This document shows positions 23,823-26,465 of a stretch of DNA of 26,465 bases, piece by piece. Origin of the DNA: a virus (lineage: Duplodnaviria > Caudoviricetes). The stretch lies in IMG/VR virus record IMGVR_UViG_3300043394_000505, positions 1 through 26,465 of that record; one strand, written 5' to 3'. Under the pieces are notes generated by a model. It did not search any database and was not told where the DNA came from. It worked only from the letters and a program-made list of their open reading frames with translations. The translations under genes and the position numbers were made by a program. Each line of letters starts with the position of its first letter. Position 1 is the stretch's first letter.

Positions 23823-25886
23823 CTACCAGCTGACGGCAAAGCCGCGCCCGCGCTGGGGTGCCTTGCGGGTGGGAATGACGGCGATGGGGGGTGCGGGGTC
23901 GGGCGCCTGCATGCCGGCCTGGGCCTGGGCAGGATCTGCAGCAGCCGGCGCGGCGGGCGCGGCCTGGTCGAACAGGTCGCGCGCCTGGGTGCGGCTTTCC
24001 CAGGTGGCCCAGTCGGCCTCTCGCCAGCGGTCCATGCCCACTTTGTGGGCGACGGCCAGCGCGTAGACGGCGCAGTCCAGCGCCTCATTTCGGCGGCCGG
24101 CGGGCTTGACCCATTCCAGCCGGGCGTGGCCCTTGATGTACTTGGTGACCAGGCGTTCGGCGGTGATCTGTTCGAACACTTCCGGCGGGGTGTGCTTGCT
24201 GAAGTGCACGAAGCCGGGCCCGGGTTCAACGATGCGCAGGCGGCCGTAGATTTCGGCCTTGGCGGTGTCGGTGCCCACGGGCCACAGCTTGACGCCGCGT
24301 TTCATTTTCTGGCCGCGCCAGTTGATGTCTTGGTCGCTGGGTTTGCCCACGATGGCGCGGCCGGCGATGCTGCTGCCCTTGAGCGCCAGCACACCGGCAT
24401 GCTGGTGCGCGCGCACGTAGCTGTAGACAGCCTGGGTGTGGTGGCCGCCGGTGTCGATGCCGCAGCCCAGCACCGGCACCGGCCGGCCGCTGGCGTGCAG
24501 GATGGGCGTGCGGCGGTATTCGGTGAGCGCGGCCCACGGGCTGCCGGGCTCGGTTTCGGGCAGCGCGGGGTCGCCGTAGAAGATGGCGCGGTCGACCAGC
24601 TGGCGTTCAAGGCCGCGGCCCCAGGCCCAGGCGTAGGCTTCCAGGCGGTCGCCCTGCACGTCCACGCCCATGGTCATGACGAACAGGCCCCAGTGCACCT
24701 GGCGCATGGGGATGTCGGTGGCGCGGCGGCGCAGGGCGTGTTCGTCGGCTTTGTCGCCGTCTTCTTCGTAGGTGTCGGCCAGGCGGGTGTTGACGAAGAC
24801 GCGCAGCAGGCTGCAGTCGCCGCTGCGCTGCGCATCCCCCGCGCGCTGCCACTCTTCCACCAGGGTCTGCCAGCTCAGCCAGCCCAGGGGGCTGTACAGG
24901 CTGGACAGCTTGAAGCCGCGCACGCGGCCGCCCTGCGCGCCGGGCTTGGCCGGCACCCACTGCGCCAGGCCGCCCATGCTGACGTGGCGCAGCATGGCGG
25001 GTTTGTGGTGCTCGCGGATTTCGCCGCCGCAGTGGCGGCAGACGTAGCGCACCGTGTCGGGGATGGCGCGGCCTTCGGGGGTCTTGTCCCACTTGATGCC
25101 GTGCTCAGCTTGCGCGCCCCATTCCAGCGCCTGCAGGCCCTGGCAGTGCGGGCAGGCCACGTGGTAGCTGCACTGGTCGCTGGCCAGGTAGGCGGCTTCG
25201 ATGCGGCTGAAGTCTTTGGTGGTGGGCGTGCTGGTGCGCAGGTGCTTGCGGCGGCTGAAGGTGGTCTGGCGGGCTTTGGCCAGCTGCACGGGGTCGCCTT
25301 CGCCGTCGACGTCGACCGGGTATCCGTCCTCTTCGTCGGTGAACAGGTCGCGCACGGGCATGCTGCGCAGGCCGGCGGCGCTGTTGGCACCGGCGATGGC
25401 CAGGAAGCCGCCGGCAAATTCCTTGAGCAGCGTGGTGTTGGCTTCGTCGCGGCTGCGGTTTTCGCGCACCTTGCGGCGCAGCACGGGGCTTTCTTCGATC
25501 ATGGGCACCAGGCGTTGGCGGCTGTAGCGCTTGGCCAAGTCGATGGTGGGCTGCACAATCATGATGGGGCCCGGGTTGACGTCGGCCAGGTAGCCAATCC
25601 AGTTGGACCCGATGGTGGTCTTGCTGGTTTGCGCTCCCCACTGCAGGATGACTTCTTCGACCGGGCTGTGCGCGCTGAGGCAGTCCATGGGTTCTTGCGC
25701 GTAGGGGGTGCGGTCGACGCGGTAGGGGCCAGGCTCTGCGCTGTCTTTGCCAGACAGGATGCGGTGCAGCTCGGCCCACTGGGTGACGGTGAGCACCGGC
25801 GGCGGGGCCATGAATTCGGCCCACAGCGCGGCTTCCAGGCGGTCGGCCGCGGCCAGGTCTTCGGCGGTGGCGTCGCGGGCACCCAT
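23823..25886 (-). CDS. Terminase large subunit, lambda GpA family (687 aa)
   Basis: Start MGARD at 25886. Motifs LTVTQWAE, SAEPGPY..DRTPY, Walker A WGAQTSKT, Walker B LFTDEED, TSTPT, zinc motifs CPHC/CRHC, SSLYSPLGW, and nuclease motifs GVDVQ, IDTGG, RNEALDC. Confidence 0.97.
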   Translation of the reverse strand: MGARDATAEDLAAADRLEAALWAEFMAPPPVLTVTQWAELHRILSGKDSAEPGPYRVDRTPYAQEPMDCLSAHSPVEEVILQWGAQTSKTTIGSNWIGYLADVNPGPIMIVQPTIDLAKRYSRQRLVPMIEESPVLRRKVRENRSRDEANTTLLKEFAGGFLAIAGANSAAGLRSMPVRDLFTDEEDGYPVDVDGEGDPVQLAKARQTTFSRRKHLRTSTPTTKDFSRIEAAYLASDQCSYHVACPHCQGLQALEWGAQAEHGIKWDKTPEGRAIPDTVRYVCRHCGGEIREHHKPAMLRHVSMGGLAQWVPAKPGAQGGRVRGFKLSSLYSPLGWLSWQTLVEEWQRAGDAQRSGDCSLLRVFVNTRLADTYEEDGDKADEHALRRRATDIPMRQVHWGLFVMTMGVDVQGDRLEAYAWAWGRGLERQLVDRAIFYGDPALPETEPGSPWAALTEYRRTPILHASGRPVPVLGCGIDTGGHHTQAVYSYVRAHQHAGVLALKGSSIAGRAIVGKPSDQDINWRGQKMKRGVKLWPVGTDTAKAEIYGRLRIVEPGPGFVHFSKHTPPEVFEQITAERLVTKYIKGHARLEWVKPAGRRNEALDCAVYALAVAHKVGMDRWREADWATWESRTQARDLFDQAAPAAPAAADPAQAQAGMQAPDPAPPIAVIPTRKAPQRGRGFAVSW

Positions 25887-25887
25887 G

Positions 25888-26397
25888 TCAGACGGTGGCC
25901 ACGCTGGCCAGCACGGCGTGCAGCTCGCGCTGCAGGGCGTCGTGGCAGCGGGCCTGGTCACTTTCAGCGGCCAGCACGGGGGACAGGCGCGCGGGCAGCT
26001 GCAGCAGCGCTTCGCGCAGGCCGGCCAGGCGCTTGGCGTGGGCGGCGCGGATGGCGTCGGCACGGACCAGGTCGCCGCGTTGCTCGGCCAGCTTCAGCTC
26101 GGCTAGGTCAGCCTCTGCGGATTCGCGCCGGGCCTTGCTGGCCCAGTAGCCGCTGCCGCTGCCTTCTTCTTCGCGGTCTGGCGCGCTGCCACTGCCTGCG
26201 CCGTCGCTGGGCGGCTGGCTGCCGGCGCGCGGGCGCGTGTTGCGCGCCCACTGCGCATCGGCAGCGACAGGGTCGACCTTGCCATCGAAGAGAACGATGC
26301 GCCCATCGCGCACTGCACGGCGCACAGCGCCCTCGGTGCACCCCCGGCGCCGGGCGTACTCCGACTGGCTGACAAGTTCGACCGTACCTATGGGCAT
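25888..26397 (-). CDS. Terminase small subunit (Nu1-like, 169 aa)
   Basis: ATG 26397. N-terminal winged HTH SQSEYARRRGCTEGAVRRAVRDGRI and coiled coil KARRESAEADLAELKLAEQRGDLV. Abuts terL. Confidence 0.9.
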   Translation of the reverse strand: MPIGTVELVSQSEYARRRGCTEGAVRRAVRDGRIVLFDGKVDPVAADAQWARNTRPRAGSQPPSDGAGSGSAPDREEEGSGSGYWASKARRESAEADLAELKLAEQRGDLVRADAIRAAHAKRLAGLREALLQLPARLSPVLAAESDQARCHDALQRELHAVLASVATV

Positions 26398-26465
26398 CCT
26401 CGCACCATCACCCGTACAAAGCAGAACACCGACCAACTAGCGAAATTTTGCGGTCGTTTCGTACC

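Larger units (their letters stand above)
1..26465 (-). mobile_element. Siphovirus-type phage/prophage late gene region (packaging, head, tail, lysis). Boundaries lie outside the window.
   Basis: Contiguous, co-oriented terminase-portal-capsid-tail-lysis genes in canonical lambdoid order, with many 4-bp start/stop overlaps (1240-1243, 1572-1575, 1787-1790, 4747-4750, 5319-5322, 14582-14585). No integrase or att site is visible, so prophage versus free phage cannot be decided. Confidence 0.97.

Noticed and set aside
25887-26063. Upstream starts in the ORF track for terL (26063), gpW (17302), endolysin (1369) and gpJ (4786)
   Set aside because: They overlap upstream genes extensively. Downstream ATGs coincide with stop/start junctions and family-typical N-termini.
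22902-26372. 1156-aa plus-strand ORF (also 9797-12256, 14654-17182, 1967-3619, 13704-15473)
   Set aside because: Antisense shadows of well-supported minus-strand genes in high-GC DNA. They show no recognisable motifs, and their composition changes at the real gene boundaries.
1-26465. CRISPR arrays, tRNA/rRNA genes, IS elements, introns/inteins
   Set aside because: No regularly spaced repeats, RNA gene signatures or transposase ORFs were seen. Terminase, portal core and capsid are uninterrupted, and intergenic space is minimal.
1-26465. Gene transfer agent or tailocin interpretation
   Set aside because: A lambda GpA/Nu1 terminase, full head module and large accessory cargo fit a genuine phage. 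A 3TM holin alone does not indicate a GTA.

Overview
The whole window is the late (morphogenesis and lysis) region of a GC-rich, long non-contractile-tailed temperate-type phage or prophage, probably from a proteobacterial host (inference from GC content and gene families). Almost all of it is encoded on the minus strand. Read right to left: Nu1-like small terminase, GpA-like large terminase, Mor/C-family activator, a ~6.3 kb accessory block (1360-aa multidomain glycan-lyase-like/beta-propeller protein, cadherin-FN3-Ig protein, small ORF), gpW-like head completion protein, lambda-family portal with a long C-terminal extension, a second ~2.1 kb accessory block (xTV-repeat protein, beta-propeller protein, small ORF), fused prohead protease-major capsid protein, neck and tail genes (with a -1 frameshift chaperone, tape measure, Dit carrying an inserted CBM-like domain, hub, gpJ-like tip), and a lysis cassette (two small membrane proteins, M15A endolysin, 3TM holin). 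The main unexpected features are: two adhesin/glycan-enzyme-like gene blocks inside the head module; a 31-bp dyad motif repeated at two sites, each with an identically spaced -10-like hexamer (candidate Mor-activated late promoters); and an SD-led internal start inside the protease-capsid fusion gene. All family assignments come from motif recognition and synteny, not from database searches.
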